Positions 10,078 through 21,976 of a stretch of DNA of 64,000 nt are shown here, in pieces. Numbering within the stretch: position 1 is the first letter of the stretch; each line of letters opens with the position of its first letter. Source of the stretch: Octopus sinensis (lineage: Eukaryota); assembly GCF_006345805.1 (NCBI RefSeq), contig NC_043001.1:28892001-28956000 (forward strand). The letters run 5' to 3'. The translations under genes and the position numbers were made by a program. The notes under the pieces were generated by a model, which had not been told where the DNA came from, did not search any database, and saw nothing but the letters and a program-made list of their open reading frames with translations.

Positions 10078-10417
10078 GGAAATTGTAGTTGGGATACCTG
10101 TGCTGGTGGCACGTAAAAAGCACCATCCGAACATAGCAGATGCCAGTGACCTTGACTGGCTTCTGTGCTGGTGGCACGTAAAAAGCACCAACCGATCGTG
10201 GCCACTGCCAGCTCCCCCAGCACCTGTGCCGGTGGCACGTAAAAAGCACCCACTACACTCACGGACTGGTTGGCATTAGGAAGGGCATCCAGCTGTAGAA
10301 ACACTGCCAGATCAGACTGGAGACTGGTGCAGCCTCCTGGCTTCCCAGACACTGGTTGAACCGTCCAACCCGTGCTAGCACGGAAAACGGATGTTAAACA
10401 ATGATGATGATGATGAT
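10078..10417 (+). mobile_element. RTE subfamily 2, rest of 3' UTR (3 cores) and (GAT)n tail
   Basis: ggaaattgtagttgggatacctgtgctggtggcacg...aacaatgatgatgat. Confidence 0.85.
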
Positions 10418-10427
10418 AAATATAGTA

Positions 10428-10630
10428 TATTTATTTCTTTATTGTCCACAGGGGGCTAAACATAGAGGGGACAAACTAAAGGATTAAGTTGATTACATCA
10501 ACCCCAGTGTGTAACTGGTACTTATTTAATCAACCCCGAAAGGCGGAATTTGAACTCAGAAAATAATGGTAGACGAAATACTGCTAAGCATTTCGCCCAG
10601 TGTGCTAACAATTCTGCCAGCTCGCTGCTT
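10428..10630 (-). mobile_element. SINE B with internal deletion
   Basis: tatttctttattgtcc...ctgccagctcgc. Confidence 0.8.
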
Positions 10631-11137
10631 TTATATTATATTATATTATATTATATCATAATATATTATATTATATTATATATTATAATATATTATAATA
10701 TATTATATCATGATATGTTATATCATATTATAATATATTATATTATAACTCACATAGCAAGGAAAACATTTACACTTGATGTAGCATAGCTAGTTTGATA
10801 TATATTATTGACTGAATATATAATCTTTATCCTGGTATAGACTTAGCTTTGCTTAGTCCTGTGTATTGTTGCATGATGCTTATTGCAACACATCGATGAC
10901 ATCAATGTTGTCACAGAAATATATAAACAACTGAATCAGCTTGGTAACAGGGAAATTGGTATGAATATTTTCAACACTACACGTGATATTTTCCAGTTTG
11001 GTCATGATTATAAAGATTTCTGGTGTTGCTACAGACACAAACACACATATACACACATGTAACTATGTGTGTGTGTGTGTGTGTTTGTGTCTGCATATGT
11101 ACACACACATATGTACATATATGTATACATACATATA

Positions 11138-12200
11138 TTGGGTCATCCCATAAATAATGCATTTTTTAATACTCCTTTTATTTTTCAAAATCAAGATAAA
11201 CAAAGTTCTTTTTTTAATCTAAAATATACTCTCCTTCATTTTCTACAACACTCTTCTATCTAACTGGTAGACTTGCTAGGCCCCTCTTCCAAAGTTCACT
11301 TGTCTGTGACAAAAAATACTCCTCCAGTACTGTTCTGACCTCATCTACAGAATTCATAGCTTTTCTATCGAAGACTGTTGAATAAATGATAATCAGATAG
11401 GGCACTGTTCGTCGAATATAAAGGGTGGGGCATTGTTTCACATTCAAACTGCTCCAACCTTTGGAATGTCACCCTCGCTATTTGTGGCTGAGCATTATCC
11501 TGATGGAAAAACACCTTGCATCTTAAAACCAAAGATGATCATTTACCTTCTAGCGCTGACTTAAGCCACTCAGGCTGCTCCCAGATGATCTCCTTTTTTA
11601 TCGTTTGGTTTGGGTTTAAAATGCCAAAGTGGAGTAAATCTTTCATATCCCACCAAACAAATAACAACACCTTACATGTGTGAAGACCTTCATTAGCCTG
11701 GGGTGCTGGTGTTTCTCCCTTCCCCATCCACTGTCTTTGGCACTTAACAATTTTATAGGGAACCCATTTCTCATCATCAGTCTCTATTCGGTCCAAAAAA
11801 AGGTTCATTCATGAGACGTGACAGCAAAGAAGAGCACACATTCACTCTCTGCACATGTTTAGACTTGGGAAGTTTTGTGAAGAATCCATTGACCCAATTT
11901 GCTGACTTATCTGATGGCATGCAAGTGTCAATGAATGGTTCCTCAACAGTTACAATGGGATTTTGTTCCACCAAAGTTTGCAGGATGTCCTTGTCGAGCT
12001 TTACAAATCCTCCAGCTTGGAATTTCTAGAACCATCGTTGCTACTTGCTTACACTTATTGTCTGATCCCCACATACTGCATTAATATTCCTTGCACTTTC
12101 TGTTGCATTGTTGCCTTTATTGAACTCAGAAAGCAAAATATGCTGAATTTGCTCCTTTGTCACTTCTATTATGGCTTTAAAAAATAATTGTTAAAATCAA
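11138..12200 (-). mobile_element. Decayed mariner element
   Basis: Fragments EVTKEQIQHILLSEFNKG, FLDRIETDDEKWVPY, KVLLFVWWDMK, SVDEVRTVLEEYF; TIR ttgggtcatcccataaataatgc preceded by TA at 11136-11137. Confidence 0.85.
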
Positions 12201-13095
12201 ACTGCATTCTTCAAAACTTGCATTTCCGCTCCCTCACCTTATTTTTTTCCCTAAATTTCTTTTGATTCTTATGTTTGCGATACAGGGCATTTTGTGGGAT
12301 TTCACCCACAAAACATGTTCTGAATATTTTAATTTTCTCCCTCTCAATACCAAATACATTTTTTATTTTTGCAAATATTTTTTCTTGGTAATCCATGGAG
12401 AAAAAAACAGAGTATGAATCTTTAAGAATTTTACCCATCACTTCACTACTTTCAAAAAACTACACACTCCCAATGTTTTACTTTTAGTTTTTTGGAAAAC
12501 AGGGAAGTTTCTTCAGAAATAATGTTGTTTACCTGTTGCTTCTAGCATGTCAGGTTTTCTGGTGGTGATCTGGTATCTTTAAGTTTGCTATTTCAGTAGA
12601 ACTCTCTGCATGCAGGAAACATCATACAAAAGTGAAAGTGTGTAGGTGATTGGTGAGCAAGATGGGGGAAGGCGCATTGAGTGTTTCTTTAAGAAAAATT
12701 ATACTGTAAAAAATATATGTATTTCCCAGATTCGTAATCTCTGTATTTTTCTACATAGATAACAAATAAAAGAAAAAAAATTTTTTAAAGTTGCAAATTA
12801 AGAAATTGCGGGGAGGAGGGGGTGGGGATTAAAATTTTGAAAACGTAATTTCTGGACAAAATCATATTAACCCTCTTTTATACAATGAAACAATACATAG
12901 TTTGTGATCCTTCTCAAGAACAGAAAACACTTTCATGCAAACTGTACCCTCCCCCTTCACTTTTAAACAAGCAATAACTTCCATTATGCCATTAATTATG
13001 TATCTGTGGCTTCGATTCTGCCCATAAGAAAGAAGCAAATAATACAATGTGCCTGTAGGCCATAACACCTGGGCAATGCCGGGATGCATTGCTAG

Positions 13096-13131
<36 letters not shown>

Positions 13132-13175
13132 GTGTGTGTGTGTGTGTACATAAATATAAATAGATATACACATGC

Positions 13176-13234
<59 letters not shown>

Positions 13235-13379
13235 TAAATATAAATAGATATACCATGCATGCAATATATATATATATATATATTGATAAAGGTAAGATAA
13301 CAAAAGAAAGAAAGAGACCTCAATATTATGTAAATAGAGGAAATTTATCTATACAATATGTTACATTACTCGGTAGTCA

Positions 13380-13442
13380 AGATAAAACTCTGAGTTTCAG
13401 ATGCCGAAGTGGAAATCCACAACACCATCTCTTCGGTTATCT
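13380..13442 (-). ncRNA. Minimal type I hammerhead-like motif (mirror of 14940-15002)
   Basis: Reverse complement of the + strand motif. Confidence 0.6.
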
Positions 13443-14939
13443 GGCTATTTGAAAACGTTATAAAAAAATACCGTTAAAAATGAAGGGAAATTACTCTGTT
13501 ATAACTCTGCTTTGCCTGCGTACTTATACATCGCTCGCATTTTTCGTCATAAAAATTATATAAAAATACATAAAAATATATAAAAATATATAAAAATATA
13601 TAAAAATATATAAATCTTCTTGGGACATAACACAGAAGCATGTTCTATCCGTTTTCTTTAGGGACCAAAAACGTAACAGAAATTTAGTCACATGTGGGCA
13701 TGATCCGAAAAGCTCTGTCCTTGTATTTAGACATGTGGTAGGGTCTAAGCTGCTTTTCCAGATAAGCCATCTCTCCATGTCGCATAAACCGCACCTTCCG
13801 CTGCCGTTAGTATAGGGCTTACATCTGGCCAAAATCTTCCATTGTATGTTATAATCGACACCTTTATCTCTTAAAGACCAAATATGATTGGATATTGTGT
13901 CGCTTTTCTTTTGTTCCAGTGCCTAAAGCTCAAAGTGTGGTTATTGAACCTGGCCTTGAAATTACCCTCTGTCAGGCCCACGTATTTCTTTCTTCGTCGA
14001 AACGGTGTCTTTAGTGGTTATAGAGTTTACGGTAGCTTCATATATGATGGTCTTGGACATGCAAGCTCCATTTAGCGGGCACAATTCTTTATTCCTGCAT
14101 GAACAGCTGTTTTCTTCTTGTTTTTTTTGTATGTTATGATTGATTATGTTTTTTAAATTGGTAGTTGAACTAAAACTAATTTTTAAATTGTGTCTATTAA
14201 AGAGTTTCCTATAAGCATGGTTAACTGGAAAATGTCTATCTATCAGTGCTAGGAAATATTTACCTATATTGAAGGCCACCTCGGGTGAGTAAGGGGGCGT
14301 AAACCAGATGACCTTCCTATTTCTATTATTCCTTTTCCTTATTGTTGGGCTGGTGATAGGTGTATATTTTATTTTTTCGCTAAAACCACTATCTTTTAAA
14401 GCTTTATTATAAACTGGGGCAACGCTATTGAAGATGTCCTCATTAGATGAGAGGCTAGAACAAAAGGCACTGGAACAAAAGAAAAGCGACACAATTATCC
14501 AATCATATTTGGTCTTTAAGAGATAAAGGTGTCGATTATAACATACAATGGAAGATTTTGGCCAGATGTAAGCCCTATACTAACGGCAGCGGAAGGTGCG
14601 GTTTATGCGACATGGAGAGATGGCTTATCTGGAAAAGCAGCTTAGACCCTACCACATGTCTAAATACAAGGACAGAGCTTTTCGGATCATGCCACATGTG
14701 ACTAAATTTCTGTTACGTTTTTGGTCCCCTAAAGAAAACGGATAGAACATGCTTTCTGTGTTATGTCCCAAGAAGATTTTATATATTTTTATATATTTTT
14801 ATATATTTTTATGTATTTTTATATAATTTTTATGACGAAAAATGCGAGCGATGTATAAGTACGCAGGCAAAGCAGAGTTATAACAGAGTAATTTCCCTTC
14901 ATTTTTAACGGTATTTTTTCATAACGTTTTCAAATAGCC

Positions 14940-15002
14940 AGATAACCGAAGAGATGGTGTTGTGGATTTCCACTTCGGCATCTGAAACTCAGAGTTTTAT
15001 CT
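14940..15002 (+). ncRNA. Minimal type I hammerhead-like motif in PLE terminal repeat
   Basis: Stem I agataa/ttatct, core CCGAAGA, stem II gatg/catc, extra T then GAAA, stem III actc-a-gagt, GUU triplet. Confidence 0.6.
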
Positions 15003-15076
15003 TGACTACCGAGTAATGTAACATATTGTATAGATAGATATATATAATATATATATATATATATAGATAGATATAT

Positions 15077-15607
15077 ACTCTTTTACTCTTTTACTTGTTT
15101 CAGTCATTTCACTGTGGCCATGCTGAAGCACCAACTTTAGTTGAGCAAATCGACCCTAGGACTTATTCTTTGTAAACCTAGTACTTATTCTATTCCTCTC
15201 TTTTGCCAAACCACTAAGTTACAGGGACATAAACACACCAGCATCAGTTGTCAAGCGATGTTAGGGGGACAAACACAGACACACAAACATATACACACAC
15301 ACACAGACACATACATACACACACGCATATATATATATTATATATATATAGATAGATATATACTCTTTTACTCTTTTACTTGTTTCAGTCATTTCACTGT
15401 GGCCATGCTGAAGCACCAACTTTAGTTGAGCAAATCGACCCTAGGACTTATTCTTTGTAAACCTAGTACTTATTCTATTCCTCTCTTTTGCCAAACCACT
15501 AAGTACAGGGACATAAACACACCAGCATCAGTTGTCAAGCGATGTTAGGGGGACAAACACAGACACACAAACATATACACACACACACAGACACATACAT
15601 ACACACA

Positions 15608-15652
<45 letters not shown>

Positions 15653-15830
15653 ATATATACATACATATATATGACGGGCTTCTTTCAGTTTCCGTCTACC
15701 AAATCCACTCACAAGGCTTTGGTTGGCCCGAAGCTATAGTAGAAGACACTTGCCCAAGTTGCCACGCAGTGGGACTGAACCTGGAGCCATGTGGTTCGTA
15801 AGGAAGCTACTTACCACACAGCCACTTCTA
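15077..15830 (-). mobile_element. SINE A with its 3' half tandemly duplicated (period 284 bp)
   Basis: tactcttttactcttttacttgtttcag at 15077 and 15361. Confidence 0.9.
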
Positions 15831-15888
15831 TGCCTATCCTTCTATACTTACCACACAGCCACTCCTACGCCTATATATATATGTGTAT

Positions 15889-16077
15889 CGTGGGCGATTT
15901 TTTTTCCTCTGTCTTCCCTTCATTGGATCTTTCCTTTTCCTATGTTTCTGACGAAGAGCTCCGCTCGAAACGTTAAATCCTCCTTCTTTCTTTCCTTTCC
16001 TGAGTGTCCAATAATACTATATTTGTTCCACGTCCTTGTGTTGTGTTTTCTCTTTGTGTTTTCATGTTTGGATTAAC

Positions 16078-16080
<3 letters not shown>
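15889..16080 (+). mobile_element. Solo ~190-bp hammerhead-bearing unit (family H1)
   Basis: Homologous to 37578-37760 and 58596-58750; ends ggattaac then (TA)n. Confidence 0.75.
15944..15978 (+). ncRNA. Minimal type I hammerhead ribozyme motif
   Basis: gttt CTGACGA a gagc-tcc-gctc GAAA cg TT aaat: canonical core, palindromic ACGT stem III. Confidence 0.75.
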
Positions 16081-16131
<51 letters not shown>

Positions 16132-16134
16132 TAA

Positions 16135-16173
<39 letters not shown>

Positions 16174-16489
16174 TATATATATGTATATATGTACGCATGT
16201 ATATATGAACATATGTATATATACATATACAGAATATAAAAAGAAAATAATTTCACACTGAGTTCATAGTTTAATTCTGCACAAAAGCAGTTTCATTTGA
16301 ATTAACATCATTAAGTCCATAAATATGAAATTGCAATGCATAATTAATCTAAGTTAAATTAATCCTAAATATTAATCAGCTAACTTTTGTTCTTTTACCT
16401 GCGGTGTGTGTCACATTTACTTCAAAGGAAGGAGTAAAAAGGTTGAAGGGAGAGATAAAAAAAAAAAGAGAAATAAAAGTTGTTAAACA

Positions 16490-16850
16490 GAAGAGATGGG
16501 AGAGAGGATAGACAGAGAGGAAGTAAGAGAGATAATGAGTAGTGACTGAAAGTAAGGTGGTGTTCCTTTTTTTGTTTTTAAACGTTTATCAGTATTTTCA
16601 GAAAAGACATGCATACATTGAAAGAAAAATAGATACATACATACAGAGATACATACACACATTGTTAAATTAAAAGTGGGAGAGAGGGTGACCAAGAGGA
16701 AGTGAGACGGAAAGAGAGAGAAAGTGAGAGAGACAGTGAGTGGTGACTGTAAGGACGGTGGTGTTTGTTTTGTGTTTTTAAATGTTTATCAGTATTTTCA
16801 GAGTAGACTGATACATACATCAAAAGAAAAGTAGATACATAGTTAAAAAA
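16490..16850. repeat. Two diverged ~185-bp tandem copies
   Basis: gtgactg..ggtggtgtt...gtttatcagtattttcaga...tagatacata occurs twice. Confidence 0.7.
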
Positions 16851-16924
16851 AAAAATTAATTACAGCAAGTGTTGGATGTAACTTTCACTTTTCATTATCA
16901 CACTAGGATAAAATTTACACGCAA

Positions 16925-17165
16925 GTGGCTGAGTACTCCACAGACGTGCATACCATTAACGTAGTTCTCAGGAAGATTCAACTTCACACAGAATGTAACA
17001 AGGTTGGCCCCTTTGAATTACTGCTACAACTCTTTTTTACCAGCTGAGTGGACTGCAGCAAGGTGCGGTAGAGTGTCTTGCTCAAGAACACAGCATGCCG
17101 CAGGGAACCATACTCATAATCTTACAATCGTCAGCAGAATACCCCTAACTACTGAGCCATGCACC
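16925..17165 (-). mobile_element. tRNA-derived SINE family D
   Basis: Head atggctcagtagttag (reverse), gtgttcttgagcaagacact motif; homolog at 20925. Confidence 0.75.
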
Positions 17166-17714
17166 ATCACTCTCTTAACCATAGAGAAAAGGAGTGAATC
17201 GATAGAGACAGGGAAAGGAATGCCTCAGTCATTTAAAACAATAATTAGATTGAAATACAATCGATCTTTTCTAGCTTCTTTACTTTTAATGAGGAAAAGG
17301 AGGGGAAGAGATATAGTAATGAATAGAGAGGAAGTCTTTCAGGTGTTTAGGTTTTCATTCTGGGAGTTCTAGAAGGATCAAGTGTTAGTTCTCTCTTCTT
17401 TTCCCCACCCCTGGTACTTATTCACCTTCTTTCATAATTCTTCATGTCTTTTAGTTGGGGAATAAGACCATGTTTTTTTTTGAGGCACGTTCAACATTTT
17501 CTCTACAAACTACAAACTAGCCCCCCTCTCTTCCCCATTTTTCATACAAAAACTAATGTAAATTTCGAATGGGGTACAGCTGTGAAAAGAGTCTAGAAAA
17601 ATGGGTAATACCTCCTACAAAATGGGTGGGGAAGAAAAGTTTCCAACAGGTGGCTACACGAAATTCAACTCTACGCTTTACAGAGTGTCTTCTACTATAG
17701 TTGAAATTTACAGA

Positions 17715-17850
17715 AAAACCAAAGACAAAGACAGGTGTATAAAAAACAAACAGGTGTATTAGTTTAACACTTGGGAAGGTGAGAAAGTCTTTTATGTTTC
17801 GAGCCTATACTCTTCAACAGAAAGGAACATGAGGAAATAAACAGAGAGAG
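17715..17850 (-). mobile_element. Degenerate hammerhead-bearing PLE-type terminal unit
   Basis: cttt ctgttga a gag-tatagg-ctc gaaa cata aaag (17789-17824); downstream part resembles 27600-27700. Confidence 0.5.
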
Positions 17851-18329
17851 AATTAAAAAATTTTTGGAGTTTGCGGTCAATCAGGGCAGTCTTCTACTAT
17901 AACCTCCTATAATCCAGGGTTCTATTTCTTTGACTAAAGGGCCACTGTCAAATGACTGAAACAAGTCAAAGAATAAAAGAATACCAGGTGAACATTCTGT
18001 ACCACTAAACCAAGAAGGTTCTTTGAATACGTATTTCAAGGTTAAATAGTAATTCTGTTTACATTTATGCAACTGAGATATTTTGATTGGATTATATAGT
18101 TATTGGTTTTACATTACTTTCTATATTCTGTAACTGTCACAACATAGAAACATTTCTTATGGCACCAGCACACAATTTACAGATGCTTACATATTTTTAT
18201 GTTTTACATGAAGTTTTTACAGGTCCAGCTAATTTAAATTAATTTAATAGTTCCATTTACCTAAATCATCATGTTGTCACAAATATTATCTATTGTGTTA
18301 ATCAGACGACTACTGAGTATTAAAATAAT

Positions 18330-18750
18330 GGAGTGGCTGTGTGGTAAGTAGCTTGCTTATGAACCTTATGGTTCTGGGTTCCGTCCCACTGTGTGGCACC
18401 TCGGGCAAGTGTCTTCTACTATAGCCTCGGGCTGACCAAAGCCTTGTGAGTGGATTTGGTAGACGGAAACTAAAAGAAGCCTGTCGTATATATGTCTATA
18501 TGTATGTGTATGTGTGTGTGTATATGTTTGTGTCTGTGTTTGTCCCCCCCCCCAACATCACTTGACAACCAATGCTGGTATGTTTACATCCCCGTAACTT
18601 AGCAATTCAGCAAAAAAGATTGATAGAATAAGTACTAGGCTTACAAAGAATAAGTCCTGGGGTTGATTTGCTCAACTAAAAGCGGTGCTCCAGCATGGCC
18701 ACAGTCAAATGACTGAAACAAGTAAAAGAATAAAAGAGTAAAAACGAGTA
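18330..18750 (+). mobile_element. SINE A, full length
   Basis: Head and tail as at 7063. Confidence 0.9.
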
Positions 18751-19107
18751 AGTATAAACACATACATTTATTCTTCTTCTGTAATTCCTAGCTGGCGAAT
18801 GGACAGGGAGGCTGTCCTGCGGGTGCCACTGGATGTCAGACTCTGGTAATAATGTTAATCCATGTTTTCCAATCCATGGTGCTGGCTTCTGAATTTGTTT
18901 TGTCCCATGCACAAATGAATAAATGTTATCTGATAGTACCCATATAGTTTTTTGTCTGGTTTCCCATGTTTCCTGATTCTAGCCGCCTCAGCAGGGAAAC
19001 CACCCTCCTCCTTTTTCAGCTGAGCTTGGGACTAGCCATGGCATAGTTATATCATCTTCATCATCATCATCGTCATCGTCATCGTCGTCATCATCATCAT
19101 CACCACC

Positions 19108-19139
<32 letters not shown>

Positions 19140-19141
<2 letters not shown>

Positions 19142-19615
19142 TCATTATTTAACATCTGTTGTCCATGGGTTGGTCAGTTTGACAAGGGCTGATAAACTGA
19201 AAGGCTGCATCAAACTCCAGTCTGATTTGCCATGGTTTCTATGGTTGGATGCCCTTCCTAACACCAATCGCTCCAAGAGCGTAACGGGTGCTTTCGTTTG
19301 TCATCAGCATGGATGCAAGTTGCATGGCACTAGTATCTGGCATGACTACAATTTCACTTGGCTTGATGGGTCTTCTTCTCAAGCATGGCATATCACCAAG
19401 GGTCTCAGTCATTTGTCATTGCCTCCATGAGACCCAATACTTAAAAGATCCAATACTTTTACATGCCGCCGGTAGGGGTGCTAGTTAAGCAACACTGGTA
19501 TCAGCCACATTGCTTCCATGAGGCCCAATGCTTGAGTGGTGCTTTTTACATGCCATCAGCACAGGTACCAGTTATGGATACCAGCATTGGCCGCAACTAC
19601 AATTTCACTTACATG
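19140..19615 (-). mobile_element. Old RTE tail copy with decayed modules
   Basis: (cat)n tail, ggatgcccttcctaacaccaa, several decayed gtgcttttac cores. Confidence 0.75.
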
Positions 19616-19919
19616 CACACTAAATTCATAAATAAATACATATACTCATACACAATCATACTTTAACATAGAGACACACATATTTGCACTCATATTTACA
19701 AGCATACAATCAAACAGATTCCAAAGAGACTGGTGTTGGGCCGCACCCAAAAGATTTGTATTATTTAGTAAAATTAACAAAGAAAATCCATTCAACTTTA
19801 AGTAGCGAGTGGATAAACCAATGTTTTGGAGAGAGTCCTTATTCAGGAAAATGTTGATAAATATATATTTATGCATGCTTGTGTAAATCGCCAAAGGTCT
19901 CGAACCAGATGACAGCCAA

Positions 19920-20020
19920 GTCATCATCATCATCATCATTGTTTGATGTCTGCTTTCCATGCTAGCATGGGTTGGACAATTTGACTGAGGATTGGTGAGC
20001 CAGATGGCTGCACCAAGCTC
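19920..20020 (-). mobile_element. Short RTE tail copy
   Basis: catcat..tccatgctagcatgggttggac. Confidence 0.8.
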
Positions 20021-20560
20021 ACACACACATGTGTGTACACATGCACATGTAGATGGATTTTAAGAGCAAAAGAAAAGTAAGAGATTATTTTGTTTTACTT
20101 TGGGTAACAATAACATTTGCAGAATTATGTCTATATAGATGAGGAATTGTAAGTCAGTATAGATATTTGAATCATAATATAAATTGATTTTCGTTTCTGT
20201 ATTTGATTTGTAAGGTTCTTGATGTGAATTCATGTGTTGAAACGAATTCTGTTGACTTAAGAGCCATTAATAATATCACATACACAGATTCAACTCTACT
20301 TCTATACTGTTCGTCAATTTGTTAAATATCTAACCAACTAATTAACTGATTGTTTGCTTAATGTGCTAGTTAAACAAACAACTGATTGACTGTTTAACCA
20401 GTACGTTAAACAAGTAATCAATTAGTTATTTGGTTAGTTATTAACCAATTGACTCACAACAAAGAAGTAGAATCGAACCTGTAGATATGTTATTATTATT
20501 GGTATGATGACTCTCCAATAGCATTAAAACATTATACCCATTCAAGATTCAATGCTCTTA

Positions 20561-20745
20561 CCAGTTTGAATATATCAGTGGCACGTTTGAACTTGTAAAG
20601 AAGCCATTCACTGTTTTGTCATGGATAAAATTTCTTGTTGTAAAGTTGGAGAAAACTTCTCTACAGTGAGAAATTTCCTCCTTGACAAAACACAGTGAAC
20701 AGCTTGTTTTTGAGTTCGCATGTGCCACTGACATATTCAAACTGT
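20561..20745. repeat. Imperfect 185-bp foldback (MITE-like)
   Basis: Outer arms 20562-20593 / 20713-20744; inner arms ttcactg..ttttgtca..aaatttct; TTA on both flanks. Confidence 0.7.
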
Positions 20746-20924
20746 TTAGTGCTCCCACCCTCCAATTTATTTATGGTGAGTCACTGAATAGCTCCAGCAG
20801 CTGAATTATGCTGACAGGAATAACACAAGAGAAAATGTCTCTTTTATCTGCTCGCAGCACCATCATCCAGTTTCTGTAACTGAAGACGACATAACCACTC
20901 CAAAATGCTTGCATCACACAGTCT

Positions 20925-21170
20925 GGATAGGCTGAGCACTCCACAGACACATGAACTCATAACGTAGTTCTCAAGGAGATTCAGCATGACACAGAATGTA
21001 ACAAGGCTGGCCCTTTGAAATACAGGTACAACTCATTTTTGCCACCTGAGTGGAGTGGAGCAATGTGAAATAAAGTAATGTCTTGTCAAGGGCACAATAC
21101 ACCACCTGGAATTGAACTCATGACCTTACAATCATGAGCTGCATACTCTAACCACTAGGTTACACACCTT
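20925..21170 (-). mobile_element. SINE D
   Basis: actccacagac...acaaggctggccctttgaaa...ctctaaccact. Confidence 0.75.
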
Positions 21171-21383
21171 CACATGTTTACATATATACATACATATGTA
21201 CATACACACATATACATATACAAGCATACATACACACACATCAATCAACCCATCCATACAGACACATACATACATACATACATACATACATACATACATA
21301 CAAACATACATACATACATACATACATACATACATACATACATACATACATACATACATAATACATACATACATACATACATA

Positions 21384-21790
21384 TGATGAGAAACTATGCA
21401 CAGTCGTGGAAATTAGCTGCGCAGTGGATGTTAACATAAAACTCAAGATCAGTGAAAAAGAAAAATACCTACACTGAACTATTGAGAAATCTGCAGTTAC
21501 CCTATCCAGATTACAAGTTCAGGTTTATACCTGTAATTATTGAGGCCCTCGGATATTTAACACACTAAATACCAATCTTGAGAAATTAGGCTTCTCAAAA
21601 CGAGAAAGAAGAAAGCTAATTTGAAGACTACAGATCCACTCCGTCACTGGAACTGTAAAAATCTTCAATATATTATATTGAAGATATATTATATCTTCAA
21701 TATTATATTAATGACCGGCTTCTTATAGAAGAATCTATCAATGAGTTATAAAAAAAAGTCCCAAAATGCAAGTATGGTCTAAAAGAAAAA
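21384..21790 (+). pseudogene. 3' end of a restriction-like-endonuclease LINE (R4/NeSL/CRE-type)
   Basis: With frameshifts: CTVVEISCAVDVNIKLKISEKE..ELLRNLQ..FIPVIIEALG..LEKLGF..LQIHSVTGTVKI. Confidence 0.65.
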
Positions 21791-21976
21791 AAATTAAGGT
21801 CAACATGACAAAACCCTAGCTGCTAGTTAACAAGGCAGAGCTTGACTTCTCCCTCTTTTACTTAGTGCCATGAGACCTTGCTTAATATTTAGGATAGGAG
21901 TAGTTAGGAACTTTATGCACACCATTCAGTGAACCAAAAGTTACACAAACTATATAATAAGATCTTTGGCAGGCTT

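Larger units (their letters stand above)
13346..15038 (-). mobile_element. 5'-truncated Penelope-like element with inverted terminal duplication
   Basis: RT C-terminus (VIWFTPPY), CSCRNKELCPLNGAC, GIY-YIG (IIYEATV..KKYVGLT..FKARFNNH); arms 13346-13923 and 14466-15038 are inverted copies. Confidence 0.92.

Noticed and set aside
12533-12605. Minus-strand 73-bp candidate exon with good AG/GT signals
   Set aside because: Stops in all three frames and no neighbouring exons; could only be non-coding
19646-20026. 126-aa minus-strand ORF as a host exon
   Set aside because: Its N-terminal half is an RTE tail and (GAT)n; the rest has no recognisable motif or clear splice sites
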